This document shows positions 1 to 14,100 of a stretch of DNA of 64,000 bases, one piece after another (position 1 is the first letter of the stretch; the number at the start of each line of letters is the position of its first letter). Location of the stretch: positions 1 to 64,000 of the forward strand of contig NMRA01000087.1 of assembly GCA_002633005.1 (NCBI GenBank), read 5' to 3'. Origin of the DNA: Phoronis australis. Its lineage: Eukaryota; Animalia; Phoronida. A model generated the notes under the pieces. The model searched no databases. It was not told the DNA's origin and was given only the letters and a program-made list of their open reading frames with translations. Both the position numbers and the translations under genes were made by a program.

Positions 1-3000
1 AGTTACAAGGGATTCGAACCTAGAGGGGAATTTTTTAATCACTTGAGAGAAACTTTTGGGCATCATGAGGAGAATTGCGCATGACTTTTCAATATCGAAA
101 ATAGAATTTTACCATGGTAAGGAATACCATAAGATCAATTTTATGAGAGCAAAAGTCGGAATTTGATTCTCATGAATCTAGGTTACACTACCTAGACAAT
201 GTTTCATCATCCCTTTGACACGTGCCTAACAGCACACACCAGAATGAAACAATCAGGTTATGATCAAATTTGATATGAAACGAACAACTTAATCATTTTT
301 GACATGGGGTTCTTTTGTTTGACATGGCATTCTTTTGTCAACAAAACAAACCACAATGTGATTTGTTTTTAAGTGTTGTGTCAACCAGCACAACTATTAT
401 CCTAAATATGTCAAAGTATCTAGTCATCACTTTAGCATTGTTTGCCAACATCAGGTGATCTCATTCCAACTATACAGTCATTTGCATTAACGGAAAATAT
501 AGTAATTGGACATAACCCAACATGAATTTTGAGTTTCAAAACCTGATGTCACACTACTGCCCCCACCCTCCTTAAGCATGAACATGCCCATAGAGAGTCA
601 GTCTATTATACCAAAAACACAAAGTAGCCCAGTGCAATATAATCACCCATCGTAGTCAGTGCAACCAAACTAAACCTCTTTCCTTTGGGGGAGCCACTTG
701 TATTATCATGGGCAGGGTATGGAAACAGGGCATGGCCTGACCGAAACCTGAGGCTCCATGACAACCACAAAAACTAGGTCAAGAACCTGTTTGCCTCCTG
801 TAAAAACACTCCCACTCCATGTCCAGCATTATTGACCTAGAACATGTGTTCAACAAAATGTAGCAATTAAGGTTAGCCTTGGGACAGCCTTGAAGTGCAC
901 CACCTGTGGATCCAGTAACAAGCAGTCAAGTTGACCATCCTTATTACATACATATTACAGACCATAACAGCCTTGGTCAGTAATCATTCATAACTTTGCT
1001 GGTCCTTGTGTATAAATGAAAATGCAACATTTATGCTACTGGTAACAGGAAATTCCACAAAAACTGTAAGCTTCCTACCACTTGAATACAATGTAACCTT
1101 AACTGGGTTGATACTAACTTTCTGTCTTATCCTTTCCCCTAATAGAGAAACATAAACTGTTGTGGGGGCCAAATGGGGGGTAGAGTTTCTGTACTCTCAG
1201 TTACAGCTCTCAGGCCCTGAACTGCCTCCAAACCAAACCAGTTAGAATATTAATCAGGAGGAAGTAGAATTCTTTAAGTCCTAGTATTTCTAAATAACCC
1301 TAATAAGCCACCTGGATGCGACCAGACATCACGCGACAGGGGTCATGAGTATAACTTGACTTCACCAAAAAGGTTTTCTTGTCTACACTTAGCACACATA
1401 ATATAAATTTTCGACTCTCAATTAAAAAAGCCACCACCAGAAGCTCACATATTAATGGTTCTTCCTAGCCTCATTCTGCCAATCTTAGCTACAACAAGCT
1501 TGGCTTCGAGAAAACTGACAAGTGGTGATTCAGAATAGTGCAGTCAAACTAGATCCTCTCCATCGGCCACCTGCGTATTGTTGAGACGGAAGAATATAAA
1601 GTGACCCATATATCTGACCCCTGTAGGACCCCACTCTGGTGACGATTCTGAATCCGCAACTGGCTTTAAGAGGCTATGCTTCCCTGGTGCGAAGTACCGT
1701 AGTTGTCCATTTAACAACATGGTAAATGTCACTAATAATAACCAAAATTGGTCTTATTTCCTTTTGCAATTAAGGTTTCTAACACTGCTGTAGCTGCTCA
1801 GAATTTCTCAGAACCATTGTCTGACTGTAGCCGTGGTATTGGTCCTTCAGAATGGTACAGAATTTATTTGGTGCTAATTGTCTTATAGGAAAAATGAAAA
1901 AATTTCACTTGTCGGCCATATTGTGTCCTAAATTGGTGAGACTTTACCGTGTATAGTTCTACCTGTCCAGGTTGTCAACTTAGAACTCATTAATTATAAT
2001 GCAGAAGGGACCCATCCCAAGGTGCCAGACACCATCGTGATAAGGGTGCCCTAAATATTGTACAACAAGTGTTCAGATGCTGATAAAATGGGGTCAATAG
2101 AACCCAAATGACAGACGGGTCAAAAACAGTGACAAAATACCACAAGCAGGCTAAACAAGCATGTGTGTTATTTGTATATGCATGCTGTATATTTAAAGCA
2201 TGAAATGTCAATATAAATTGCACAACTAAACATAGGGATTTAGCACACAATGGCTTTAACATAAGTCACTGTAATAAAGATTTGGATATACTGGGTTTTC
2301 AAGTTCAAAAAGCATTCATTTACTATACATGGCAATAGATGAATGAATTACTGTTCTCATGAATGAGTTGCTTGTTTGCACCAGAATGACCGTACACAAA
2401 CTGCAAACAAACCATACATGTGATGGGGCAAGAGGGTGAACTGGGTTGAAAACATGTTCATTTCACAAGTGTCAACGCTTCAGTGTAAAATCCACTTCCT
2501 TACTCCGGAGTAAACTGATCCTGTTAACTTCCATCTGAGACCGAAGTTTAGTGTTCTCATTGACCGAAACTTTGCTAACACCGAAGGTTCGGAGCCAGTG
2601 GAAAAGGCCTTTTAGACACATCTAGTTTTGTATAGCCTTCAAAAATATTTCATCAGTTCGTTCATGCCAAATGTTGCGAGTATAGTTAAGTAAACCCTTT
2701 TGTCAATGACTGAACTTGTTGAAAACATGGCATGTACAATGTTCAACACAAAGAGAAGATGGCCCAAAGACAACTGCTGTATCTGCCACCATAATGATTA
2801 ATTTATTGAAAAGGCTTTGATACATGAAGTTACATAATGCCAACATACAAACCATGCCAACATACAAACCATGTCAACATCAAAGTGTTTTGAATTTTGT
2901 AGAGAAATTCTATAAAATCTCTAGCTGCCATATCACGCCCCAAACTGAACTTGAAGAATATTTTAGGGAAGACCTCAGCAGGAGAACACGATGTACTTTT

Positions 3001-3288
3001 TCATACAAAGCTTCACGCTAATCAAAAGTCACGACATCTAATGGAAACAAAAGATCTTGATAATAAGTCCAATGCATAAAATCTGTGAAAGGTTCACCGT
3101 TGAGTCGACACCGCTGTTTTCAACTCGTAAAATTGGCAACGCAAGTCAGAGGAGTCTTCTCACATTGAAAACCCATCATAGGGAGAGCCTTGCATATTTT
3201 GTTGTGGTGACATTTAACAATATTATTTCTGTTCTCAGAGTTATGTAATAGATTGTTAAATCGCAACATAATGTTGAATCATGTGATC

Positions 3289-3715
3289 TAAAGTCCCGTT
3301 TAGACATCAACTTTTCACCCGGCGCAACTGACACGGAGCAAATTGACCCGTGTCAAGCGGCTGTTTACACAAACAACTCAATAACCGTGGCATGATGGAA
3401 ATAAAGGCTGCAGAGACTGGATCGCACATGCGCAGGTTTACAAACGATGACAGTTACAGAGACAAAGAACCCGAACGTAGGTCATTGCACAAGCGCACTA
3501 GAGATGATCCTTTCCGCCTTATTCCAATTTCGCGTTTAGACTTATAATTGACACAGCGCAAGATGTTCAGGCGCAAATTACTCTACCTCACAAACGGGTG
3601 GCAAAAATTTGCCACAGCGGTGTCAATTTGTGCCGTGTCAGTCCGTTAACACATTGGAACAACTTGTTCCATGTCAGCTGATCGTGTCAACTTTGTAAGT
3701 GTAAACCGCACTTTA
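3289..3715. mobile_element. PIF/Harbinger-like MITE
   Basis: Ends TAAAGTCCCGTTTAGAC ... GTGTAAACCGCACTTTA (imperfect TIR with TAA/TTA flanks). Internal inverted TGACACGG/CCGTGTCA motifs. Confidence 0.6.
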
Positions 3716-5365
3716 TGTGACTGACATCAATTTGTGCATTACATAACCCAGTGGTAACCCCAGCAGGCGTTACCCCTGCAGTAAGGAAAGACTACTTAAC
3801 ATTATCAGCTATTTCCACAAGTCCTTCAAGTGAAAGTCTTAGAGTTAAATCTTCTCAATTACTGTAATTGGACTAAATTCCACCCTTGGCAAGGACTTTT
3901 CTGGCCACTGTCAACATGTCAGGACAATGAATTACTTGACAACAAAGTCTCAACCTGTCCAGCTAAAACATTTCAACTTAACAGTCTGCTTCGCTGAATT
4001 TCTTGTAAGCTCCCAGTTTTCATCCAGATGACCAGGTCATTGTCCCTTGAACAATTCACAATATACATATCACACTATACGCCTGTAATGCAAGGAAAAC
4101 CACTAACAGAAAGTACCCTATTTTGAAAAATTGCTAGCATTCGCAACATGGATAGAAGCCTTAGAAAAATGAAAAAAGTGTGATTTTATCAATCATTCAT
4201 GTCTGAAATTGGTGAGATTTTGCGTATTATGAACCTTTTTAGTTAATGTTAATAAAAAAATTAGTAAAAATAATACGATTTCAAACCTAAGTGTGGCACT
4301 TTGTGCAAGTTGCACAATGCAAACATTGCGTCTGATCGCCGAATCATAGTTGTTAAATTATCAGTGTCTGGAATCATTGCTCAAGTTACATGGCAAATTC
4401 GTATGTACCTACATACTGGGATCGAAAAGCAGCAGACCATTGTGTACAGTTATCAGAACAGAAAAGAGAGGAAACGTAATTTACTGAGACTGGTGGACAT
4501 TTTTGGAGGTTGCTTACTGTGTCTTACTTATGGCTTAAAGAAATGTAATCTTTATTAATTTAATTTTCATAGAAACTGCCAAAAATGACATTTATAGTAA
4601 TCGTGATACGTCAAATTAACCAAAAACACCTTGAAAATTAATTTTCCCTTTAACGTTTGCTAATATTGGAAGAAGTGTGCACTTTTGAATACAACAAGTA
4701 GTAAATTTACGACGGTCAGCAAGCTGTAATTTAACTTCATTTAAAGAGCACATATCCTTTAGTACCCACAACCAGCCATTATAACACTTAATTTTGAAAG
4801 GAATAGGGTGCCTGAGAATTGAACTATGCAGGCTTTTTGTTTATGAAAACTATGATTAGGTTAATGACTAAATGTGAAAAAAGTCACAGTCCTCTTTTCA
4901 TAAAACTGCAACACTTTATTTACTCAATGACAATATTCCCAGGACAAAATGACTATGTTGTTTAATGAGTTTTAATACCAAACCATATAACCCACACCAT
5001 TTTCCACTCATTTCAACGCAAACCAACTGCCACTAACCTGATAAGTAGTTTATTAAAAAAAAATCTTCCTCCTCGGCATCAACAAATCAACGGTAATTGC
5101 CTTTTGTTGTGCTTAAGAGCATAAATTCAACATCGTTAAATACATACATACTGATAAAACAACTTATTGGAAAAAACATGATGAGATTCTTTTCTCATCG
5201 GTGATCAAACAGAAAAAAATTAAATATGAATAATATCGATGAGCAACGCAGCCAACAACAACGGTCACAATGGGAGGTGACGACTGTGAACCAAGACGAC
5301 TGTGAAGCAAGATGACACAAGTGACAGGTGCTATGGTGTAGTCAAAAGCCATCAGTATTTTAACT

Positions 5366-7896
5366 TCACAAGCAAGCCCTATTTCCAGTGTCATCACTTT
5401 GTATCACTGCCTTGTGCTGCACATTGTCATTTTCCACAAGCAGCTAAAAGCAATGATATTCACTGGCCATAAGGCATGATAGCTGATGTTTGTGAATATG
5501 CCCCACTGTCTGTCTCTAAACATTAAGTTTCAAGATAATCCACTCACCATACTAACAAGCCTGGTGAAATAGGCAGGTGAGAAATAAGTAACGTACCTGA
5601 TACCGATGCCATAGAAGACTAGAATGTATAATCACAAGTCCAATGATAAATGAGAAACTGAAGAATACGAAAAAGTGGAATAGCACCCAGTGGTCGAATG
5701 TACTGAAATGAAACAAGAAAATTCACGATCAGTAGTCAAGTTTGGTTCTGACAGGCTTTCCACCATGACAGAAATAGTTTACAATTCGTCATTGTGTATG
5801 GTTTGGTAGCAGCCCTTCATTAATGCAAACTTGATTGAAAACACAACTGTAGTTTCTGTTGGACAGCTTACATAAACACACGCTCATACTTTTTAAACAA
5901 TTTCCGATCTTCTTTCTTCTTCATTCACCCTCTCTGCTTGCATGCCCTTCTACCTACTGTTACTGTTTATTTCACTGTTCATTTCACTTCCACCACGGTC
6001 ATTTTACCAAGTGCCTGAGGACAAGACATGTGCTCTCGAAATATTGCTACCACTATAACTTGTTTGTAATGTCTATTGGCAATTTGTTTTACAACTGCAA
6101 ATCACAATCTTGATCAAAAATTGTACAGAGAGTATAAGCAAGTGTACATCAAGCTGTCCAACAGAAAGTATAGTCGTGTTTCAATCAAATTGGTCATCTC
6201 AACATATTCATTACTACAGAAAACATTAACAAGAGATCCCATCACCAACCACATATTTGCCAGGTTATCAAGAGTCTTGCCCCTCTATACAAGGCAAAGT
6301 TACCTAGTTGAGAGACCAGAGTTTCAGCAAGGCTTGGAATGACCAATGACAAAAACGAAGAAAATTTTCAAGGTGATGTATCGTTCCACAAATAAATATG
6401 CTTGTGTGATAGAAATATTTTTGTGATGTAAAATTTAACTGAAATAAAACTTTTACATGAAAAAAGTCAAAATAATAAAAAAGATACGAAAAAAGATGAA
6501 ATTATAAATCAAAAAATAGGAAATCAAAACTAAAAAGAGGAAATTCTCTTAAAAGGAAATTCCAAGCCCTGCTTTAGAGGTCACTGATCAAGTAAGGTCA
6601 AGAAATGGGACCACCACATGCCAATCAGTTAACGTCGATGGCGCTCATATCTGAATCACGCTGACTGAGTGTCGTCACGAGAGTATATTTTCTTGTTAAG
6701 TTGCAAATCGTTCCCCAAGCTGATGAATTGACTTTGTCTGACCATTCGATAACAGTGTCTTAGTGAGCAGCTTGTATTTGTCTGAGATGGAAAGAACACA
6801 CCAGCATTCTTATGTACTTATAGTGACTCTGATGGTTTAACCAGAATAAGGCAAAATTTGCTGAAAAACTTCTGTCGAACATCCGACATTTAAAGATGTG
6901 TAACCGTCGATGTGTACCACCTTTGGTGAGAATCTGTCTAGAACTAAGTGGGTAAGACGCCTCTTTGCTCAAGCTTGATGAAGTTAAATTACTGGGTAAA
7001 GAAGTTGATTTTAAGTAACGTCATTTTGATGCTTGAGGTAACAAACACCGAGAGATAAGTTAGTTTTGAGTGCTGTCTTAGTAATTACCAAAGAATTTTT
7101 AGATGGATTTAATGACATCGACAGATTCCAAAGGTGTCCTTCTATGCTCGAATGGCTTATTTTGCATGTTCTACCAGGGCATTAATGGTTTAGGTAATGT
7201 AAGGCATAATTTGCCAAAAAAGACTTCTGGCATATGAAGTCTATGGGATGGCCTCTATCTAAGCCAGTGCCGCTGACCTAGTTCAGACAGAAGTATAGTC
7301 TAGTAGTAGCTTGGCAGTAATTTAAACCGAATATTTTATCTTGTATTTGTACCACAGCTTGGTGAAACAGTAAAAAATGGATAAGAGAGTATGAATCTGG
7401 GTTCCAAAAACACGAGTTTGAAAACCAGTTGGTCAAGCAAGTACGAATAGTATGATTTGTGACCAAGTCAGCCCAAGTGAAATCGGCAAATCGGCATATG
7501 TTTTTCAGTGGAAACTACTTTCAAATGTCCATCCCCTGTAGTTTCAGGACTCCTTAACACAGAATATTACAGACTCTTATTTTAAGTTACATCTATAGAA
7601 TGAATTCACAACTTTAAAAGTTGTTGCTTCAACACTGGCTAACACCTGTCCCATTCATAACACATAGCTGATTTCCCTAGGAAACATTCCAGTTCCAAGG
7701 AAACCAACATTGAACAAGTCAATCATTGAAATTGACTTGAAAACAATATTGCACGAGGTTAAATTTCATATACACATTGATAAATTTAAAAGTTTTACCT
7801 GTACTGATTTTCAGTTTCCGGAGATTTCACTTGTTCATGTTGTGTTACATTTTGTGAGTGCGAACTTGACACGCCATCGTCAACATCGTCCGCCAT
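5366..7896 (-). CDS. Candidate small single-pass membrane protein, 3 exons, 93 aa, unknown family
   Basis: Exons 7896-7799, 5702-5597 and 5443-5366 join in frame with canonical GT-AG sites and pyrimidine tracts, giving MADDVDDGVSSSHSQNVTQHEQVKSPETENQYSTFDHWVLFHFFVFFSFSFIIGLVIIHSSLLWHRYQLLVENDNVQHKAVIQSDDTGNRACL*. Kozak ACTATGG. Minus-strand AATAAA at 5049-5054. No homology recognised; the last exon is the least certain. Confidence 0.55.
6328..6571. mobile_element. MITE with CAGGGCTTGGAAT-type TIRs, same family as 49170-49685 in opposite orientation
   Basis: CAAGGCTTGGAATGACCAATGACAAAAA ... ATTCCAAGCCCTG. The left end matches the reverse complement of the right end of the 49170 element. Confidence 0.65.
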
Positions 7897-8160
7897 AGTT
7901 TCGTATGTGAGGTGAACAGCAATGACCTTGACCTACCTGGTGATTCCGGTGGAACTTCTAGGATCAAGAGTTTTTATTGTATCAAAAATGCAAGAAATGA
8001 CGAGCCATACAAAGTTAAAGGATGAATTAGGGCATCTTTTCATGAAATACAGAAACATTTGTCTCAACTTATTTAGAAAACTTTAGCATTTGCTCCTCGG
8101 TAGTGTACGCCCTCTATTGCACATTCACATACCAACTCATTTACGTTCTTTCCAAGAAGC
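7897..8160. promoter_or_regulatory. Probable bidirectional promoter and 5'UTRs between the candidate membrane-protein gene and NAPRT
   Basis: Divergent ATGs about 265 bp apart. Contains TGACCTTGACCT (direct repeat of a nuclear-receptor half-site) near 7923-7934. Confidence 0.45.
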
Positions 8161-11100
8161 ATGGACGGTCACGGGCAACTGAGCTCCCTTACTGTTCCCA
8201 ACAAAATGGTGAAGATGGATCAAAACGGGGTTGTGCAACCGTTGTTAACAGGTTTGTCAATAGTGGCACTATGCTTTCTTTCTCCAACGCCTTATTTTTG
8301 CCATCTTGTTAGGTGACCGAAGACAAACGAAGGTCGAATTTTTTACGAGCTTTGCCGAGTCGGACAAAAGCAAAGACATCTGATTTGGTAGTCGGATATA
8401 GCGACCCCTAATTTAGAGAACCAGTTTCGTCCACTCAGTAAAGGGTCCATTATTCACTGATTGCGTGGTTCCCAAAATCAGGGACCACTTTATCGTGTGT
8501 CCGGGCACATTTATCGTTGGCTGATAAAATGTGCCAGACATGCCTACCGACTACACCGGCGTAGGGCATTAGAGGAAAGTATAGGCAATGGCCATCGCCT
8601 CTGTTGGCCCGAACCAGAGGCGATGTAGAGGCTATAGGCGCTCTGTACGCCGGAAGCTTTTAAGCGAATTATGCCTCGCACCGACTAAACCATCAAAGTC
8701 ACGTTGTTATAAATACCTTTTGCGCATAGAGGAACACCTTAGGAGGTTGTCGATGTGTTTAAGTCCTTCCAACTCGAACAAATACTCCCGTTATGAAACT
8801 TTTTCTTCGATCAGTCCCTATTTCAGTTCCCAAAATCGTGAAATCAAAATTTTTGTACTGCGCACGCTCCAACTCGCTAGGTGATGTGACTTCATAACCT
8901 CAATAATTTTTAAATAGGCCAAAGGTGAGCCATTGCGGTCTTGTCAGTCAAATGTTCGTTTCCAAAATGCCACCACTTATACTTGTCTTTAATTGGCGTT
9001 ACTTGAAACTGTTTGTATTTCAATGAATTATTGTTTGTATTTGATAAAAATAAATGCTGTTGATATGACATTTAATAGTCTTTGTGCACATATTTGACAT
9101 TTTAATGTTTAACAACACGGCAAATGCACGGCTGGTTCCCGGCAGCACGTACGCGAAGGGCGGGAACTTCAGCTTTCAAAGTTCGCCGGTAGGTCCGCAA
9201 CTTCTGACCTTCGGCCTGGTTAAAAAAATGAAAATGTTGATTTCACGATTTTGGGAACTGAAATAGGGACTGCTCGAAGAAAAAGTTTCATAACGGGAGT
9301 ATTTGTTCGAGTTGGAAGGACTTAAACACATCGACAACCTCCTAAGGTGTTCGTCTATGCGCAAAAGGTAGTTATAACAACGTGACTTTGATGGTTTAGT
9401 CGGTGCGAGGCATAATTCGCCGAAAAGCTTCCTGCGTACAGAGCGCCTATAGCCTCTACATCGCCTCTGGTTCGGGCCAACAGAGGCGATGGTCATTGCC
9501 TAAGGAAATTCATGAACATTCGGACGAAACTACCTAACTCGACTTGCTAATGTGCTACTGTCACTGAAGGTTAAGATTAAACTAGCAAACCCATGAATTC
9601 CGCTGCTACTTCTCCAGACTTTCTACATTCTATAAAATTGCCCATCAGTCCATCGCCATTCCGGGCTGTTGTATCCCTCATTAGTACACCTATTGTCCTA
9701 TACATGTAGATGCCACCTCAGTGTCGAACGGCATACCTGCAAAATTTGCGCTCTTCAACAGTCTCCTTGAACAACTTACATGCCCTCGTCATTGGTGCTA
9801 CCTTTCTGGATCACTTCCAGTGAGCACTTCTCTCATGTTAGTCGTCATAACACTTCGTTCACATTGCACTGCACCCTCACACTACACATATCACCGTGGA
9901 AAGTTTTGTAACATGCGCCACTTCAGAATCCTCGATTTCGAGTGTGAAGTGTTTCAAGAGAGATACTAGAGATAGAGATATGTCAGCTAATAACATAGCT
10001 GCAAATCTTTTTAAGAAATCAACTAACAAGACTCGAACCTTATAACTTCTTCGGCGTTTGAATTTCAAGAATGATGACAATGATCAGAATTGTGGAAATT
10101 CGGATGCCAGGAGGCAAGTTGGGCACAGCCTTGGGGAAATCGGGTCTAGCAAATTCTGTACAGGTAAAACTTTGACAAAATATACATATATACATTTTAT
10201 TATTGCAAAAAATGATTATAGGTATCCATAACGCTAAATCGTCATGAGAGACCGTCCGGAGTTAGTATATGGTGCAACTCCGGACGGTCTGGGGTCAACA
10301 GAAAACCACAGTTCAACTGTGAGTCTATATATACCAATGTGATAAACGAGAGTTGTTCTACTTGCTGCGTCAGCTGCAGGTATGCTTATCTCTTTTATGA
10401 CACACAACGTTTGACTAGGCAAAGCGTTTTCAAAATAATGTGGATAAATCAGTGGAGTGTGAGACCCCTGAGGTCCCTGTCAAGTCCTCACGACAATTCT
10501 ACGTTATGAGTAGCGTGAACATAAGGCGAATAATTATTAAAATTTGACTGAGAAGTCTTCATGCCAAGAATTGTACGATGACACTTGGCTTACCTCAAAA
10601 ACCAACTGGTGCTTGATGGTTTGGTAATATTGACCCAATTATGTTGCAAAAACTGTAGAATTCATATATGGTATGACAACACTGTGCAAACATTTTAGGT
10701 TATGAGTCACATTTCTTGTCCGATTTTCGAATTCAAAAAACCTCATCCCATGTACTTTTCACAAACTATTTAGATATGCTATTTAAAAACTTTCAAAACG
10801 AAAATTTGAAAATATCATTGTTGCCCCCCCAGTGGGTTTATGATGAGTCTGATTGGCTAGAGAACGATAACATCAGCACCCTGAGGCGATGTAAACTACA
10901 ACAGCATAGTGTCTTTGATCAATGCTGGCAGATTCCGAGGTATGCAAACTGGTCGTTAGTTGAGTTGGCCATCCTCGCATGATTTGATCAAAAAAGGGGT
11001 GTTTGAATTTCCTCTCCAACTTTTTTTGTATGCTATGGGGAAATTTGGACACCTGACTTTAGGCTACCATACTGTTTTCTCAATGCTTTTCCCGAGAGAT

Positions 11101-14100
11101 TTTCATACTCATGTGATGACCTCTCTGTGTTAAGAGGTCAATTCATATTTAAATTTTCAACAACATATAGTGCTGCTTACCACAACTTTTTAATGGAGCA
11201 CACTCTATGGCATCGTTAATAGGGCCAGGACACGATGACTTCTTAAATTTTATTATACGCCTCGTGTCGACACGGCTGAATGATACTTATAATCATTTTT
11301 TGAAATAATTGATTACTATTATATGCTTTGTGTTTGCTTACAATTTGCTATTGAACCTGTCCAAAATAAAATTCTGATCATCCAAGATGGCTGCTCTTTA
11401 AAACTAATAGGCTTGCGGAATGACGTATGAGTCTCGTGAATTGTCGTCTAGTCGCTTTGTTATGACTCTGGTGAAGTCTTTTCGCTGTTACGAACTAGAG
11501 AACATTTATCACAAGAGCAGTCCACCAGGGGGATAAACAATGCAAATTCACCAGCTGAATGCCTGTTTGGCAGTCAGATTGCCTTTCCTCCAATTGGCCA
11601 GCCTATATGACAGTGCTTATGCTTGAACTACATAGAACAATTATTGTGTGTATTACCAGGGTATTTCCCAGAAGTGGGTGTTGTAGCTTATTCATTTCTT
11701 AGAAAAATGTGTGATTGAACACTACCGCAGTCAATTTTCCATTGTGTAGTATTGGCCAAAGACAGATTGCCCAAACTAAGATAAAAACAGCTCTCTTTAA
11801 GAATTAATGACATTTATGTTACCTGTGGTTTTGTCTCTAGGAAGGAGTGGACGGTTTGATGATGATAAAAAAATCAGGGCTTACGTAGACCCTGGGGTGC
11901 TCGGTTTTATTTTTGGATATTTAAGGCAATCTCTGTTATGAGCAGTAACACTGTGAAGGGATGTTGAATCCTGCTTTTGGTTCGTGAAAAGAACGAAGAA
12001 ACATTGGTGGCCTTCATGTAGGTGTTAATGTTATGTGTGACGCAGCTGTTCTGAAAGGCTTTTGTTGTGAGGAATCTTGACTGATGCTTGTCTTTCAGTA
12101 TCCTTATATTCTGAGGCATCTTCAAGTGGTCAGTGGAGAGGCCCTTAAAAGAACATTATCGGTTTTACAGCCAAAAAAATGAATTTTGGGATAGACTTTT
12201 TGGAGGAATTAACTTTGACCAGAGCTATAAAACAAACTTTGTTGCTTTTGTTATTTTATTACAAATTGCCAATTCTCGTTGTTGCTGATCAGACATTCGC
12301 TGGAATCAAGGGGTGGGGGATTGCAGGTTCCAGAAAATCACTTGTGGTTGGGAGTTGAGGAGAAATACTTTTGTGACTTGTGACTGCTGAAACTACAAGA
12401 AAGTACATAGATCAATACATTCTACACAAGTTCATGTGTCTCACTGAAGATAAAAGCGTCAGCTAAGACAATAGAACAGATTGACTTATCTGACTTGTTA
12501 CTAGACCATACAATTATGATAAATGTCCAATGTGGTTCGTGCATACGGACGGCCCCGCACACGCATTTCTGTGTATTGTGCATTAGTTGAGTACAGTGTC
12601 ACTCTTCCGGAAGTGGACCCGTGATGAAAGGTATATTCGCTCACAGTTTGCTGTTGGTAAGACAGTGCTGTGATTTCCTGGTGGCAGAATTTTCGCGGTA
12701 ATTCTGTCCCTTGTACAGGAGTTACATAATTGCAAAAAACGAACCAACATCAATACTTTTACCAAAACAATTTTCCCAAACAGGTATCTTCGCGTTGTGG
12801 AAAAATGTTATGTTTTAATCTCTGAATTTCGATATTCCCATACAGTATTGAAAGTCCCTATTTTGGCGGGTATGTTTCTATTGCGGAGAGGATTGCTGAC
12901 TTGCTATGCACCCTCTGGAGGCTATTTTAAAGTTATTAGCATTGTTCCATTTGGTGGGAATGTTAGATAGTAATCGTCCCTTGTGTCTGCGCCATATGGG
13001 ATGAACACGGTGGGCGCATATCAACACTCCTCGTTGTTCTTGTATTACAAATCATTGTTTCACCGATGTCTGCCAGAAATTTGGTATGAGATTTAGCTTG
13101 TTGACACAGTGCGTGGTTGGTACTGCAAAGTTTCCGGGTTCAAATCCGTACCTGATTTCAGAAAATAACTTTTCTTGCCTATAACGTCACTTACAAAAAA
13201 TATTTTGCATGTTGACATTGGTACGAAAAGCTCTTTTATTAGTTTCAGCAATTTTATGGTAATGCACGTCACAGATTTTGATGTAATAATGCACCGACTT
13301 TGAAATTAGAACACTATAGCAGAATGGTTGTATATGACTTAATGAAAAAAGGCTTCCTTTGAAACTACTTTCATCAGTTTTGGTGAGATATGCGTTTCAA
13401 AAGGAGCAGCATTAAGACCAATACTTAGTTATTTTTGTTCAGTTCTGATGATGTTGAGAGCGAAAACTCGTGCTTAACATATAGAATATTACCTGAAGTT
13501 TTAATTTTTTACTGATTTACTGGGCTGGACGTTTCCTGTCATTTCTCTTGAAGCAACAAGCACATTAGGCCAAAACAACACAATTTGTTCTGGTCTCTAC
13601 CCCTAGAACTCATTTTGAGGGATGTGCTCACTGACTAAAAATGCCCACCTGCAGTGATTTTTGCCAAGGTCTGGTGTTTTTTTAATTTTTGAAGAAAAGA
13701 TGCACAAAGGCATGTAAAAAGGGTAACCAAGGTTTACTAAGTCTTAATTTGCCAAGTGATCAGCAAAAACAAATCCTACACCATTGTTGTTCGTCTCAGG
13801 TGGATTATTTTCTTTTTTTCAAAAATTGGTAACTAAATGAATACTGCACCACCGACTCCATTTTCAAGAAAACCACAAACAAAAATCAACTGTGTTTTTT
13901 GGCTGTTTGCATTTTTTATTTCTATAAATACTTTCTAGTAACTCTTTAATTAAAAGTGTGATTCTATGTAGCTATTTAGGTATGGTGAGTTGACTTAAAT
14001 TTCGATGGATTTATGAATCAATGCACTGTAATGGTCAGATATAACGTGCCTGTATTTTGAGAACCAGTTTTCTCCACTGAATAACGGGCATGAAATTTGT

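Noticed and set aside
984-1732. Short minus-strand ORFs as further exons or retroelement protease remnants
   Set aside because: No convincing motif, and no phase-consistent splice chain could be built.
5360-5368. TGA of the 93-aa candidate as selenocysteine (C-L-U-S-stop, SELENOK/S-like size)
   Set aside because: No SECIS-like element recognised downstream and no similarity to SELENOK or SELENOS; a SECIS search would settle it.
6700-7540. Coding-like composition suggesting a decayed retroelement
   Set aside because: Frequent stops in the frames I read and no diagnostic RT, integrase or recombinase motif.
8588-9496. Twin ~100-aa ORFs on opposite strands as a gene pair
   Set aside because: They are the two TIRs of one transposon; no recognisable domain.
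13082-13156. tRNA-like sequences with B boxes here and at ~1-25, ~39710-39780 and ~46230-46270
   Set aside because: No complete cloverleaf; best read as decayed SINE heads.
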